In this document: positions 26,401 to 38,800 of the stretch, in pieces
Position numbering within the stretch: position 1 is the stretch's first letter
Layout: each line of letters begins with the position of its first letter
From: Macrostomum hystrix
Lineage: Eukaryota > Animalia > Platyhelminthes
Direction: 5' to 3'
Assembly: GCA_950097015.1 (NCBI GenBank)
Contig: CATNEN010000039.1
Location: 15,066,001 to 15,130,000, forward strand
DNA length: 64,000 bases
Made by a program: the position numbers and the translations under genes
The notes under the pieces: model-generated
What the model was told of the DNA's origin: nothing
The model's database searches: none
The model's input: the letters and a program-made list of their open reading frames with translations, nothing else

Positions 26401-29400
26401 TGGTTTAAGAGAAAAAACTGTATTTTAGAAAATCTGACCCACGGAATCGAAAAAAAGCGAAAAAGTACGGCGTTTTCGATCAATCATTCCAGGAAATGAG
26501 ACTCGTACGAGAAGGAAAACAAACCCAGTTGCTTAATTTGCAGGCGGCCCCAACCCAAATCTAGACGGGTAGCTTCTGACGGACCACGACACAGGTGGGA
26601 ACGGAGAGGTTGAAAGGAGAGGAAAGTTGAGCTCATTGCTTTTTAGAGCTATAAAAGACTTCCGTTCCCCAGATCATTTTTTTCTGACAGAATTTTTTCG
26701 ACGCAGGTTACAGCAACAGAGGATCGCAAACAACACCGGAGAATTGCAGATTTGTTTTAAAAACTTATTTAAAAACTGCAACGTGCAAAGTCTAGTTTTT
26801 TAGAAAACTTCTTGACTTTTGATTTGTTGAGCTAATGCACCATGCTTTTACTCGAAATTACTCCTGATTTGACAGCATGCGAGGTTTTAAATTGAAATTT
26901 TAGTTTAATATTTTTTTATAAAAATGATAACGATATAGTAAAACTATTGACTAGCTAACTGTGCCAAATCAGTGTTCAACTTTGAACATTTTATTCAATG
27001 CAGGCGCGAGTGAATCATAAGACGCTTAACATTATGCGAATTGATCCTAATGAACGATTTCAGCGCGACGTACGGCCAGTAAGTTTGGCAGGAGACTGGC
27101 GGGGTTTAGAGGACTGGAGTTTAGAGGGGTAGAAGTTTAGAGGCAAAGGGTTTTAGAGGGGTAAGGATTTGTAGGGCTTGAAGGGGTTGGGGTTTCGACT
27201 GGGGTTTAGTGATGTTGGAGTTTAGGGAGACTGGGGTTTAGAGGTGTTGGGGTCTAGAGAGGTAGGGGTTTAGAGGGGTAGGGGTTTAGAGGGGTAGGGG
27301 TTTAGAGAGGTAGGGGTTTAGAGGGGTAGGGGTTTAGAGGGGTAGGGGTTTAGAGAGGTAGGGGTTTAGAGGGGTAGGGGGTTTAGAGGTGTTGGGATTT
27401 GATGGGGCTTGAAGGGGTTGGGGTTTTAAAGAGCTGGGGTTTAGAATTTTTGCAGTTTAGAGGGACTGGGGTTTAGATGGCTTAAGGTTTAGACGGGTAG
27501 GGGTTTAGAAGGTCTGGGGTATTTAAAAGTCAACGAAAATGCACAACAGTGCTCCGCCGCTCCGACCCTCCCACCACCCAGATCGAGGCCGGCCTCAGGG
27601 GCTACGAGGCGTTTCGCAAGTATCCGCCGAATATGTTGCGCAAGATCGCTGAGCGCGCCTGGTTCCAGGAGTTCGAGCGGCACTCGGTCATTGTTAGGGA
27701 GGGCGATTATCCGCTCTATTATTACTTTATCATCTACGGATCTGGTGAGACTATATTTGTAATTAAATACCAATATTTTAGTGCATAATCACAGAACGAT
27801 CAACTATAACAAAAATCACAAGAGTTTAGCCTCCGTGGCAACTAGAAAATTTTAATTTGGATGTCCTGAAACAAATTTAACAAAGTTGGGTATCTATTTA
27901 ACTACGAGCGTAGCTAGCTAGTTGAGCTTTGAATTCAGAAGAAATGAAACTAGGTCGCCATGGAAACTAGAATAGTTGTTGTGTATACGATAGCTATGAA
28001 AACTAGTTTTTTATGTATGGTTGCCATGGAAACTAAGATATTTTTGTATACGGTTGCTCTGGAAAAAGGTTAGTTATGTGTCGTTGCTATTGAAAATAGG
28101 ATAGTAATGTATGGTTGCCATAGAAACTAGGATAGTTGTCTTTGGTCGCCATGGAAACTAGGATAGATATGTATGGCTGCCATGAAAAATGGGAAAGTTT
28201 TTGTGCATACGGTTGCTATGGAAACTTTGATAGTTATGTACTCGCATAGTTGCCATGGAAATTGGGATAGTGTGCATTATTGCCATGGAAACTATGGTAA
28301 TGAGTAATGGATGTCATGGGAATGGTTGTCTTGTAGGCAAGGTTATAATTTGTTATAGAAACGCTTTTCTCCCCAACGCACCCAGCGCTCGTGTCGATTA
28401 TCGATCGCGACAAGATGATCGCCAGAGTGGCGGCTCTGCTCAACCGCGGCGACTCATTCGGCGAGCTCGCCATCATCGATCGCGTCAAGCGAGCCTCCAC
28501 CGTCATCGCCAGGGAGAAGTGCGGCCTGATGATGCTGGAGGACAAAGACTATTTGGAGATCTTTATGCACGGCGGAGTAAAGTTTCTCGACAACAGTTTT
28601 GTGAAGAGTCACGTGCTGTTTAAGGGCTTCGATCTGGGTGTGCTGAAGGCGAACCCGAGGCTGGTCAAGCTTAATTATTTCTCACCAGGCGTCACCATTG
28701 TTGAGGACAGCCGCTTGTCCTACTGGATCTTTCTCGTCATCTCCGTGAGTGAAAAAAAGCTATTAATTCAGTGTCCTCCATGTGGTAGTGGCGCCCCCAT
28801 GTGGTAGTGGCGCCCCCCATGTGGTAGTGACACCCCCATGTGGTAGTGACGCCCCCATGTGGTAGTGGCGCCCCCATGTGGTAGTGACACCCCCATGTAG
28901 TAGTGACGCCCCCATGTAGTAGTGACACCCCCATGTGGTAGTGACGCCCCCATGTAGTAGTGACGCCCCAATGTGGTAGTGACGCCCCCATGTAGTAGTG
29001 ACGCCCCCATGTGGTAGTGACGCCCCCATGTGGTAGTGACACCCCCATGTGGTAGTGACACCCCCATGTGGTAGTGACACCCCCATGTGGTAGTGACACC
29101 CCCATGTGGTAGTGACACCCCCATTTGGTAGTGACGCCCCCATGTGGTAGTGACACCCCCATGTAGTAGTGACACCCCCATGTAGTAGTGACGCCCCCAT
29201 GTGGTAGTGACGCCCCCATGTAGTAGTGACGCCCCCATGTAGTAGTGACACCCCCATGTAGTAGTGACGCCCCCATGTGGTAGTGACGCCCCCATGTAGT
29301 AGTGACGCCCCCATGTGGTAGTGACGCCCCCATGTGGTAGTGACACCCCCATGTGGTAGTGACACCCCCATGTGGTAGTGACACCCCCATGTGGTAGTGA

Positions 29401-32400
29401 CACCCCCATGTGGTAGTGACACCCCCATTTGGTAGTGACGCCCCCATGTGGTAGTGACACCCCCATGTGGTAGTGGCGCCCCCATGTGGTAGTGACACCC
29501 CCATGTAGTAGTGACGCCCCCATGTAGTAGTGACACCCCCATGTGGTAGTGACGCCCCCATGTAGTAGTGACGCCCCCATGTAGTAGTGACGCCCCCATG
29601 TAGTAGTGACACCCCCATGTAGTAGTGACACCCCCATGTGGTAGTGACACCCCCATGTAGTAGTGACACCCCCATGTGGTAGTGACACCCCCATGTGGTA
29701 GTGACACCCCCATGTGGTAGTGACACCCCCATGTGGTAGTGACACCCCCATGTAGTAGTGACACCCCCATGTGGTAGTGACACCCCCATGTGGTAGTGAC
29801 ACCCCCATGTGGTAGTGACACCCCCATGTGGTAGTGACACCCCCATGTGGTAGTGACACCCCCATGTGGTAGTGACACCCCCATGTGGTAGTGACACCCC
29901 CATGTGGTAGTGACACCCCCATGTGGTAGTGGCGCCCCCATGTGGTAGTGACACCCCCATGTGGTAGTGGCGCCCCCATGTAGTAGTGACGCCCCATGTG
30001 GTAGTGACACCCCCATGTGGTAGTGGCGCCCCCATGTGGTAGTGACACCCCCATGTGGTAGTGGCGCTTCCATGTATAAGTGGCGCACCCATGTGACCAG
30101 GACAGCCAAGACACAAATCCTGGCTACGCCACTGCGCGAGACCCTAACCCTCTGACGTCGGCCAGTAGTAAAGTTTCGAACTAAATCTTGTTCGTCAGGG
30201 CAAGGCCACGGTCAAGATGGCCGTACACAAGAGCGTCCTCCAGAGAGAAGAGGAGGAGGTCGTCGATCGGGACGAGCGCGAGCGTCAGCGCCTGTTGGAG
30301 GACTACAGGCGGGGCGACATCGGGCACCGGACCCTGATTCGGCGCAACTGGCGGCGCCACCTGCTGCAGCAGGACCGGCTGTCTCATCGGCCGGAGTTTC
30401 AGGCAAATTTGGAGCTCCGCCAGATCGGCTTGGCTGGGCCAGCCGATGGCGGCAGTCTCAAACGGGAGCTCAGCAGGGTCGGTCGGGAGGCGACGCGACT
30501 GCCGCCGCTGGCTGTGAGTTTCACGGTGGATTGTTAAATGAAGGTCTAGTGAGAACTGATTAGAGACAGCCAATGTTTTTTGAATCCTCGCAACAGAAAG
30601 CCTACCTGGTGGCACCGGCACCGGACGATCAGAACGCGCAGACGGTCGCCGAAGATCAGTCGAAGCTGCAGCCGCCTGACGCCGAGGCGTCTGGAACAGC
30701 AGCAGGTCAGGTGCACGTGAACTAGATAAATAATTGCGCACGCAATCGATCTAAAAGTACACACGAGTACTTGATCCAGAAGTACACGCGTACTTGATCC
30801 AGAAGTACACGCGTACTTTATCCAAAAGTACACGCGCACTTAAATAAAAACTACACGCGAATTTGATTTTAAAGAACAAACTCGTAACTTTTTTTAATTT
30901 TTTTTCAGAGAACGGTCGCGAGGCGATTGCGGGCCAAAAGATCACCTACATTACAGGAAAGGAGGCTGTGCTGCAGGGTCGTCGCACTTTGGCAACGGAT
31001 TTGAATAGAGAATTTTACCAAGAAGTAAGTTCGTATCACAGATAATATATAATATTATATATTATCTGTGGTTTGTATTGCTGCATTTGCTCATTGGAAT
31101 CAGTAGGTCATTGGGATACATGCGTCATTCGGATTAGTAGGTCATTCGGATCAGTAGGTCATTGAGATCAGTGGGTCATTGGGATCAGTGGTCATTGGGA
31201 CCAGATTATTATCTGGTCATAGGGTTTAAGGCCAAACTGATCTTAAAATTCTAATGTACGTGTGTACAATTTAACTTATTCACAGGTGGAAATGAAGCTG
31301 TTGCTAGGCGAATTCGAAGAGGAATCCCTGTTCGAATACCTGCCGGTGCAGGTCCTGGAGCGGGGCATGCTGTTTGTGAGGCTCATAATATTTCCTGCCA
31401 CTCGCTTTATGTGAACCTGTTCAAGCGTGACACAAGTGTGAAAAGAATATTTTTATGATCAGTTGGTCATTGAGGATCAGTTGGTCATTGAGGATCAGTT
31501 GGTCATTGAGGATCAGTTGGTCATCGAGGATCAGTTGGTCATTGAGGATCAGTTGGTCATTGAGGATCAGTTGGTTATTGGTGATCAGTTGGTCATTGGT
31601 GATCAGTTGGTCATTGAGGAATAGTTGGTCATTGGTGATCAGTTGGTAATTGAGGACAGTTACTCAGTCAAATGAATTTCATGCAGGGCTTCGCGGACCA
31701 CTTTTTCGAGAACCAGCCGGCACTGAAGCTGATCAGCAAAGGCTGCGAGCTGTTATGCATCAGGCGCGAATTGTACTTTGACAATGCCAACGAAATCACC
31801 CTGTTTGGAGTTGGCAACTCTGTAAGCTCATTGAACTGTTGCGCAGTAGACGGAGGATAATGGAATTAGAATTTCACTGAGATTGCTGTGTCATTGGGAT
31901 TCTAATTGACATTGATAAAATTGGTGACAATGCTGGTCAGGGCTCAGTCAGTCAATGGGATCAGGGAGTGGGTCATGGTGGTGAGTCGATGGGATCAGAG
32001 AGTGGGTCATTGTGAGTCAATGGGATCAGAGAGTGGGTTATTGTGAGTCAATGGGATCAGGGAGTGTGTCTTGGTGGTGAGTCGATGGGATCAGGGAGTG
32101 GGTCATGGTGAGTCAATGGGATCAGGGAGTGGGTCATGGTGAGTCAGTGCAATGAGGGAGTAGGTCTTTGCGAGTCAATGGGATCAAGGAGTGGGTCATG
32201 GTGGTGAGTCGATGGGATCAGGGAGTGTGTCTTGGTGGTGAGTCGATGGGATCAGGGAGTGGGTCATGGTGAGTCAATGGGATCAGGGAGTGGGTCATGG
32301 TGAGTCAATGGGATCAAGGAGTCACGGGTCAGTAGGTCAATGTGGGGAGTCAAAGGGATCTGGGTCAGTAGGTCATTGTGATGAGTCAATGAGATCATGA

Positions 32401-32855
32401 GTCATGGGTCAGTAGGTCATTGTGGTGAGTCAATGGGATCATGAGTCATGGGTCAGTAGGTCATTGTGGTGAGTCAATGGGATCATGAGTCATGGGTCAG
32501 TAGGTCATTGTGGTGAGTCAATGGGATCATGAGTCATGGGTCAGTAGGTCATTGTGGTGAGTCAATGGGATCATGAGTCATGGGTCAGTAGGTCATTGTG
32601 TTGAGTTAGTGTTATCAGGAAGTGTTAGTCAGCGGTATCTGACGGAGCGAATCCTTGTTGCAGCTTCGGCCGTATCCTTCGGAGCAGGCTGTGCTGGGCA
32701 AGAACAAAGAAGTCCGCGCCTGGACTGATGTCAAATCCAGGCACTACAACAAGACGGTAGCAGACATAGCCCGGGAAGATGTCGATGTGCACGACGCTCT
32801 AACCAGATTTCCGCCAATAGCGGCGAAATCGTCTCAACAGCGCTACTTAAAGTAG
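23411..32855 (+). CDS. Cyclic nucleotide-binding domain-containing protein 2-like (CNBD2/CRIS-like), ~827 aa, 13 coding exons
   Basis: Phase-consistent GT-AG exons: 23411-23413 (ATG only), 23720-24451, 24542-24621, 24816-24930, 27004-27078, 27582-27744, 28386-28744, 30199-30513, 30597-30705, 30909-31024, 31286-31375, 31687-31821, 32664-32855. CNBD motifs include VIVREGDYPLYYYFIIYGS and the phosphate-binding cassette GDSFGELAIIDRVKRASTV. A second, degenerate CNBD (YFSPGVTIVEDS..WIFLVISGK ... VLERGMLFGF ... LISKGCELLCI) is split by a long insertion. The start exon and the 30705/30909 junction are the least certain parts. Confidence 0.8.
23840..24138 (+). repeat. Coding 72-bp repeat (24 aa, ENPEGNPEVNSEENTEGNPKGNPK, x4) built from 12-bp subunits
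   Basis: Lies inside exon 23720-24451 of the CNBD2-like gene. Confidence 0.9.
24999..26230. repeat. ~20-bp intronic minisatellite (GTAGTTTGCAGATTTCTGGT)
   Basis: Tandem periodicity read directly. Confidence 0.95.
27100..27510. repeat. 16-bp G-rich intronic repeat (GGGGTTTAGAGGGGTA)
   Basis: Tandem periodicity, cleanest at 27235-27390. Confidence 0.85.
27954..28292. promoter_or_regulatory. Degenerate ~31-36 bp intronic repeat carrying about 10 RFX X-box-like motifs
   Basis: GTCGCCATGGAAAC at 27954 and 28145, GTTGCCATGGAAAC at 28020, GTTGCCATAGAAAC at 28114, GTTGCTATGGAAAC at 28212, GTTGCCATGGAAAT at 28249, plus weaker copies. Confidence 0.5.
28778..30065. repeat. 20-bp intronic minisatellite (CCCCCATGTGGTAGTGACAC)
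   Basis: Tandem periodicity read directly. Confidence 0.97.
30755..30860. repeat. 23-bp short array with internal hairpin (AAGTACACGCGTACTTGATCCAG)
   Basis: About 4-5 units read directly. Confidence 0.8.
31455..31655. repeat. 18-bp minisatellite (GATCAGTTGGTCATTGAG)
   Basis: Tandem periodicity; related copies at 31095-31200. Confidence 0.9.
31950..32605. repeat. ~32-50 bp minisatellite (GTGAGTCAATGGGATCAGGGAGTGGGTCATG)
   Basis: Tandem periodicity with two sub-blocks. Confidence 0.9.
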
Positions 32856-33397
32856 GGCTATTGGCGAAATATTGTCAAAAAACAATCGGAGTCTAAAACA
32901 GCACCAGTTGTTTTTTAATAATTTTTGTTCCGTGAAGTGAAAATATGCAGTGACTGAATAGAACACTGAATCGAGCTTTCTTGTAATAAACAATACAGAT
33001 TTCTTTTTGTATTTAGAAAATCCAACTAAATAATTAAATCCAAAATTAAAGCAAATTAAGTACGCGAAGAAAAAACATTTGAATGAACATTTTGTGGAAA
33101 ATATATTAAGTACGTAGAGATGTTAACAAAATAAACATGAAAATTTGCTTACTGTAACAAGTACGAGCATTATTATATAATCTTACCTTTATTTTCATGA
33201 TAGTAAATTATTTCTTTGGATTATATCAAGGCTTTTATATCAACAAAAGTTAGGATTTTTTAATTTTAATATCGAACAAAATTTGATGACAAAAATATTT
33301 AAAAAATCTAATCCAAAAGCAGCAAGTACTAAATGTTTTCCCTGATAGACAGAGGGGAAATTGAAAAAAAGCCGAAAATATACTGACAGTACGCCCC

Positions 33398-33442
33398 GTC
33401 TGTCCTGGGTGTCTGTCTGTCAGTCTGTCTTTCTGTGCTGGG

Positions 33443-33478
<36 letters not shown>

Positions 33479-34172
33479 CTGGGTGTCTGTCTGTCTGTCT
33501 GTCAGTCTGTCTTTCTGTGCTGGGTGTCTGTCTGTCTGTCTGTCTGTCTGCCTGTCCTGGGTGTCTGTCTGTCTGTCCTGGGTGTCTGTCTGTCCTGGGT
33601 GTCTGTCTGTCCTGGGTGTCTGTCTGTCCTGGGTGTCTGTCTGTCCTGGGTGTCTGTCTGCCTGTCCTGGGTGTCTGTTTGTCTGTCTGACCTGGTTGTC
33701 TGTCTGTCTGTCCCGGGTGTCTGTCTGTCTGTCTGCCTGTCCTGGGTGTCTGTCTGTCTGTCTGTCTGTCCTGGGTGTTTGTCTGTCCTAGGTGTCTGCC
33801 TGTCCTGGGTGTCTGTCTGTCCTGGGTGTCTGTCTGTCCTGGGTGTCTGTCTGTCCTGGGTGTCTGTCTGTCCTGGGTGTCTGTCTGTCCTGGGTGTCTG
33901 TCTGCCTGTCCTGGGTGTCTGTCTGTCTGTCTGCCTGTCCTGGGTGTCTGTCTGTCTGTCTGTCTGTCCTGGGTGTCTGTCTGTCCTGGGTGTCTGTCTG
34001 TCCTGGGTGTCTGTCTGTCTGTCTGCCTGTCCTGGGTGTCTGTCTGTCTGTCTGTCTGTCCTGGGTGTCTGTCTGTCTGTCTGCCTGTCCTGGGTGTCTG
34101 TCTGTCTGTCTGCCTGTCCTGGGTGTCTGTCTGTCCTGGGTGTCTGTCTGTCCTGGGTGTCTGTCTGTCTGT
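33398..34172. repeat. Compound (GTCT)n microsatellite punctuated by CCTGGGT
   Basis: Read directly. Confidence 0.95.
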
Positions 34173-34977
34173 ACGGGGTCACCCAAAAAGTTAAATAATG
34201 TTGGATTGATGTTACGAGTAATTAAAATCAAAACGAAAGATCATCATTTTAAAATAGAAAACAAACGGAAATCTAATGAGAACTCATATAATGGCTAAAC
34301 GATAGTACAGTTACAAAGCATCCCGTACCTGAAAAGTAATGACTAGAGTAAAAAAACAATGAAGAAAACTACTGTAAGTAGTACGCCACAGCAAGTAGGT
34401 AAATTTTAGATTGAAGAAAAAATGAACACAGCGAGATTAGGAACAGATATTAGAAGTGATGGTACGGGTAACCAGATACAAAACTATGCGGAATTCTGAC
34501 ATGATTAAACATGTAAAAATCTGTATTATGTTGTTTATTAACACTGAATTAAAAATCGAAGTGTTCAACCAACAGTTCAATATTTAATGGATAATTTTTA
34601 TTTTAAATTTTAAACAGCGACAAAGTGTTTTTTATCAATTATCAGCTGCTTTCTAACATCAATATTTTGGACAAACAATACGACAGGATAAATTGAAATT
34701 GGGATTCTTGTTACAAACATAAAAAATGTATATAATCAACGATTTGTAAATCTGCTCTAGGAAAAAATAGTTTTTTAAAAGAAATAATGTACGCAGTGTC
34801 TATGGGTAATGCCGTCTTGGTGCCATATGCCGATATAAAATAATTTGGTTCAAGAGGGTCTTTGCTGGAAGTCCTGCCCTTACGTTTCGCACCTTTGCCC
34901 CACACGTGTAAAAGTTTCAAGTGTATAGATATTGTTTATGACCGAAATCGAAAACTTTGACGGAATTTATAAACGGT

Positions 34978-35623
34978 CATTGTCAAATGACCGAATTTGC
35001 AATAATTTTATTGTCTATGACCGAATTTGCAATCATCTCATTGTCTATGACCGAATTTGCAATCATCTCATTGTCTATGACCGAATTTGAAAGCATCTCA
35101 TTGTCTATGACCGAATTTGCAAACATCTCATTGTAAAATTACCGAATTTCAAACATCTCATTGTCAAATGACCGAATTTGCAAACATCTCATTGTCTATG
35201 ACCGAATTTGCAGACATCTCATTGTCTATGACCGAATTTGCAAACATCTCATTGTCAAATGACCGAATTTGCAAACAGGTCATTGTCTATGACCGAATTT
35301 GTAAAAGGATCATTGTCTATGATCACATTTGTAAACGGGTCATTTTCTATGATCACATTTGTAAACGGGTCACTGTCTATAATAGAATTTGTAAAGGGGT
35401 CATTGTCTATAATAGAATTTGTAAATGGGTCATTGTCTATAATAGAATTTGTAAATGGGTCATTGTCTATAATAGAATTTGTAAATGGGTCATTGCCTAT
35501 AATATAATTTGTAAATGGGTCATTGTCTATAATAGAATTTGTAAATGGGTCATTGTCTATATTAGAATTTGTAAACGGATCATTTTCTATGACCGAATTT
35601 GCTAACAGGTCATTTTCTATGAC
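34978..35623. repeat. 30-bp minisatellite (ATTGTCTATGACCGAATTTGCAAACATCTC)
   Basis: Tandem periodicity; the consensus drifts along the array. Confidence 0.93.
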
Positions 35624-35867
35624 TAATTGTTAACGGATTTTTTGTCATGACAGAATGATAAACGAGATGACCTGTTTAAGTGAACGGATCATCACGCATG
35701 ACTTATTTTCATAGGCCAATCTGTGGCAAAAATGGTCACGCCGAAAAAGGTAATTGTCGAAGTTTAAGTACACAGGCCATCGAGTTTCGATTCCAGCAAA
35801 GGCTTTCTTAGTTTCAAAAACCTGCGCCGCAGACATACTATTAACAATGAGATTTCCAATTATTCAG

Positions 35868-38800
35868 TCATCTAGCCGACGATGCCGCGGAGTTAAAGTA
35901 CTCTCGCCTGGCAGCTCTGGCTAGCATTCGGCGGCGTTGCTCCAAGCCGGACAGACTGAAATCGGCGCCTTCCATCAAGCCGCCGCCGCCGCCACCGTCG
36001 CCAGCTCCGCCGAAGTCGTCGGAGAAGAAATCCTGCGGACCGTGCGGCACGTGCGGGCCGGCCGAGCCGACAACCCGGCCCTCCAGAATGTTGGCGATGG
36101 TGGCGTCCGGACTGCCGCTCAGGCGCAAATCTTCAACAATGGCCAGAGTGGAAATGTGAGGGAAAATTTGCTTGACAGCGTCGGCCTGTTCACGAAGGCG
36201 AGCGTCGATGGCCTTGTCGCGAAGACTCCGTCCAGTGGAGGCTGTTCCAGACGAGACAACGGACGTAGAAGCCGCGACAGCTGTTGTTGATATCAAAGAT
36301 GAAGACGAAATGACGGGGGATGTTGATGAAACGGCTGCAGACGTAATCGCTGATGCCGCGGTGGTGGTTGGCATTGATGTCGTTGTCAACGCCGACGCGG
36401 ACAAACTGCTGTTGACGTTGACAATCGACGAAGAATCGCCGTTAAAAGTTGCCGAGGATGAGGCGGCCGCTTGGACGACTGGCGAAGGGACAGCACTGGC
36501 TGACGCGGCGGCTGCGGCGGCTGCGGCATCAGGGGTTGACACGGGACGACGGCAGGTTGGACAGGCCAGTTCCTGCTCAAGCCAGAGGCCCAGGCAGTCG
36601 GAGTGGAAGGCGTGGCGGCAGGGCAGGCGGCTGCTGCCGCTGGCGAGCGGGTCCCAGCAAATCGGGCAGAGCTCCGGCTCCGCAGCGTCGCCAGCTGCCT
36701 GGTAGCGGCTGCAGACGCTGCTGATTAGCCGGTGGACCAGGCGGTATCTGGGGTGGGGAGAGGGTGAGACTGATAGTTCTCAGAATGAGACCCAGAAGTG
36801 AGACTCAAAATGAGGGAAGATGAGACTTAGAATGAGGGAGGGTGAGACTCAGATACTGAGAGGGGGAGACTCAGATACTGAGAGAGTGAGACTCAGGTAC
36901 TGAGAGTGAGACTCAGATACTGAGAGAGTGAGACTCAGGTACTGAGAGAGTGAGACTCAGGTACTGAGAATGGGAGACCCAGATACTGAGAGAGTGAGAC
37001 TCAGGTACTGAGAGGGTGAGACTCAGATACTGAGAGTGAGACTCAGATACTGAGAGAGTGAGACTCAGATACTGAGAGAGTGAGACTCAGATACTGAGAT
37101 AGTGAGACTCAGGTACTGAGAGTGGGAGACCCAGATACTGAGAGAGTGAGACTCAGGTACTGAGAGTGAGACTCAGATACTGAGAGAGTGAGACTCAGGT
37201 ACTGAGAGTGGGAGACCCAGGTACTGAGAGTGGGAGACTCAGATACTGAGAGAGTGAGACTCAGATACTGAGAGAGTGAGACTCAGATACTGAGAGAGTG
37301 AGACTCAGGTACTGAGAGTGGGAGACCCAGATACTGAGAGAGTGAGACTCAGGTACTGAGAGTGAGACTCAGATACTGAGAGAGTGAGACTCAGGTACTG
37401 AGAGTGAGACTCAGATACTGAGAGTGGGAGACCCAGGTACTGAGAGGGGGAGACTCAGGTACTGAGAGGGTGAGACTCAGATACTGAGAGTGAGACTCAG
37501 ATACTGAGAGAGTGAGACTCATGTACTGAGAGTGAGACTCAGATACTGAGAGAGTGAGACTCAGATACTGAGAGAGTGAGACTCAGGTACTGAGAGTGGG
37601 AGACCCAGGTACTGAGAGTGGGAGACCCAGGTACTGAGAGTGGGAGACTCAGATACTGAGAGAGTGAGACTCAGGTACTGAGAGTGAGACTCAGATACTG
37701 AGAGTGGGAGACCCAGGTACTGAGAGGGGGAGACTCAGGTACTGAGAGGGTGAGACTCAGATACTGAGAGTGAGACTCAGATACTGAGAGAGTGAGACTC
37801 ATGTACTGAGAGTGAGACTCAGATACTGAGAGAGTGAGACTCAGATACTGAGAGAGTGAGACTCAGGTACTGAGAGTGGGAGACCCAGGTACTGAGAGTG
37901 GGAGACCCAGATACTGAGAGAGTGAGACCCAGGTACTGAGAGTGGGAGACTCAGATACTGAGAGAGTGAGACCCAGGTACTGAGAGTGGGAGACCCAGAT
38001 ACTGAGAGAGTGAGACCCAGGTACTGAGAGTGGGAGACTCAGATACTGAGAGAGTGAGACTCAGGTACTGAGAGTGGGAGACCCAGATTAATCAAAAGTA
38101 AAGACACAAAAATGCAATACGTTAAGCTGCAGTTAAAATTAGTTAGAATTAGAATTTAGTATTTTTTCTGCAACCTAAGCTAAATTGAGAGAAGTGAGTG
38201 CATGCACTGTCAGCACGTATAAACTATAATAACATTAACTTTGAAACTATTATTTACTCACCCTAGATATAAATTAAATTCTTTGTGTAAACATAATTAT
38301 TACAAGATAGCATTGCTTTTATAGCTAGTACTCGTAGACAGTAAGGTAAGTCTGGAAATATATTTGTGCAAAAAGTTCTTACTAGCCGACTAAGCTACAG
38401 AGCATAATATAGATAAGATAAAAACTAATATAATATACTAAAAGAAAGAGTGTTAGAAAACTTACAATCTAGAAACGAATAAGTTGTATAACAGATAAAC
38501 AAACCATTTACAACCGATTGCTTTTATTAGGTCTGCCTGTCATTACACTGCTTATCAAAAGACTAGACTATAATATTCAATGATTATGAAACTAACTGAA
38601 TAATTATCAACAAGCCATTACACTAATTGGGTAATGATCCACTTGTCATTACTCTAGTTGGGTAATTGTCAATTAGCCGAGAGACTAATTAGGCAATAAT
38701 CAATTGATCATTACAGTTATTATGTAGCAATCAATGGATCATTACCGTTATTATGTAGTAATCAATGGATCATTACAGTTATCATGTAGCTATCAACGGA

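Noticed and set aside
27100-27510. Telomere-like repeat
   Set aside because: The unit is GGGGTTTAGAGGGGTA rather than TTAGGG, and it lies within an intron.
28737-30116. ~450-aa His/Gly/Thr-rich ORFs in all three minus frames
   Set aside because: This is a 20-bp intronic minisatellite of the CNBD2-like gene.
33361-34298. Cys-rich ORFs
   Set aside because: These are translations of a (GTCT)n microsatellite.
35937-36724. Plus-strand ORFs overlapping AMFR exon 3
   Set aside because: These are antisense shadows of a GC-rich coding exon.
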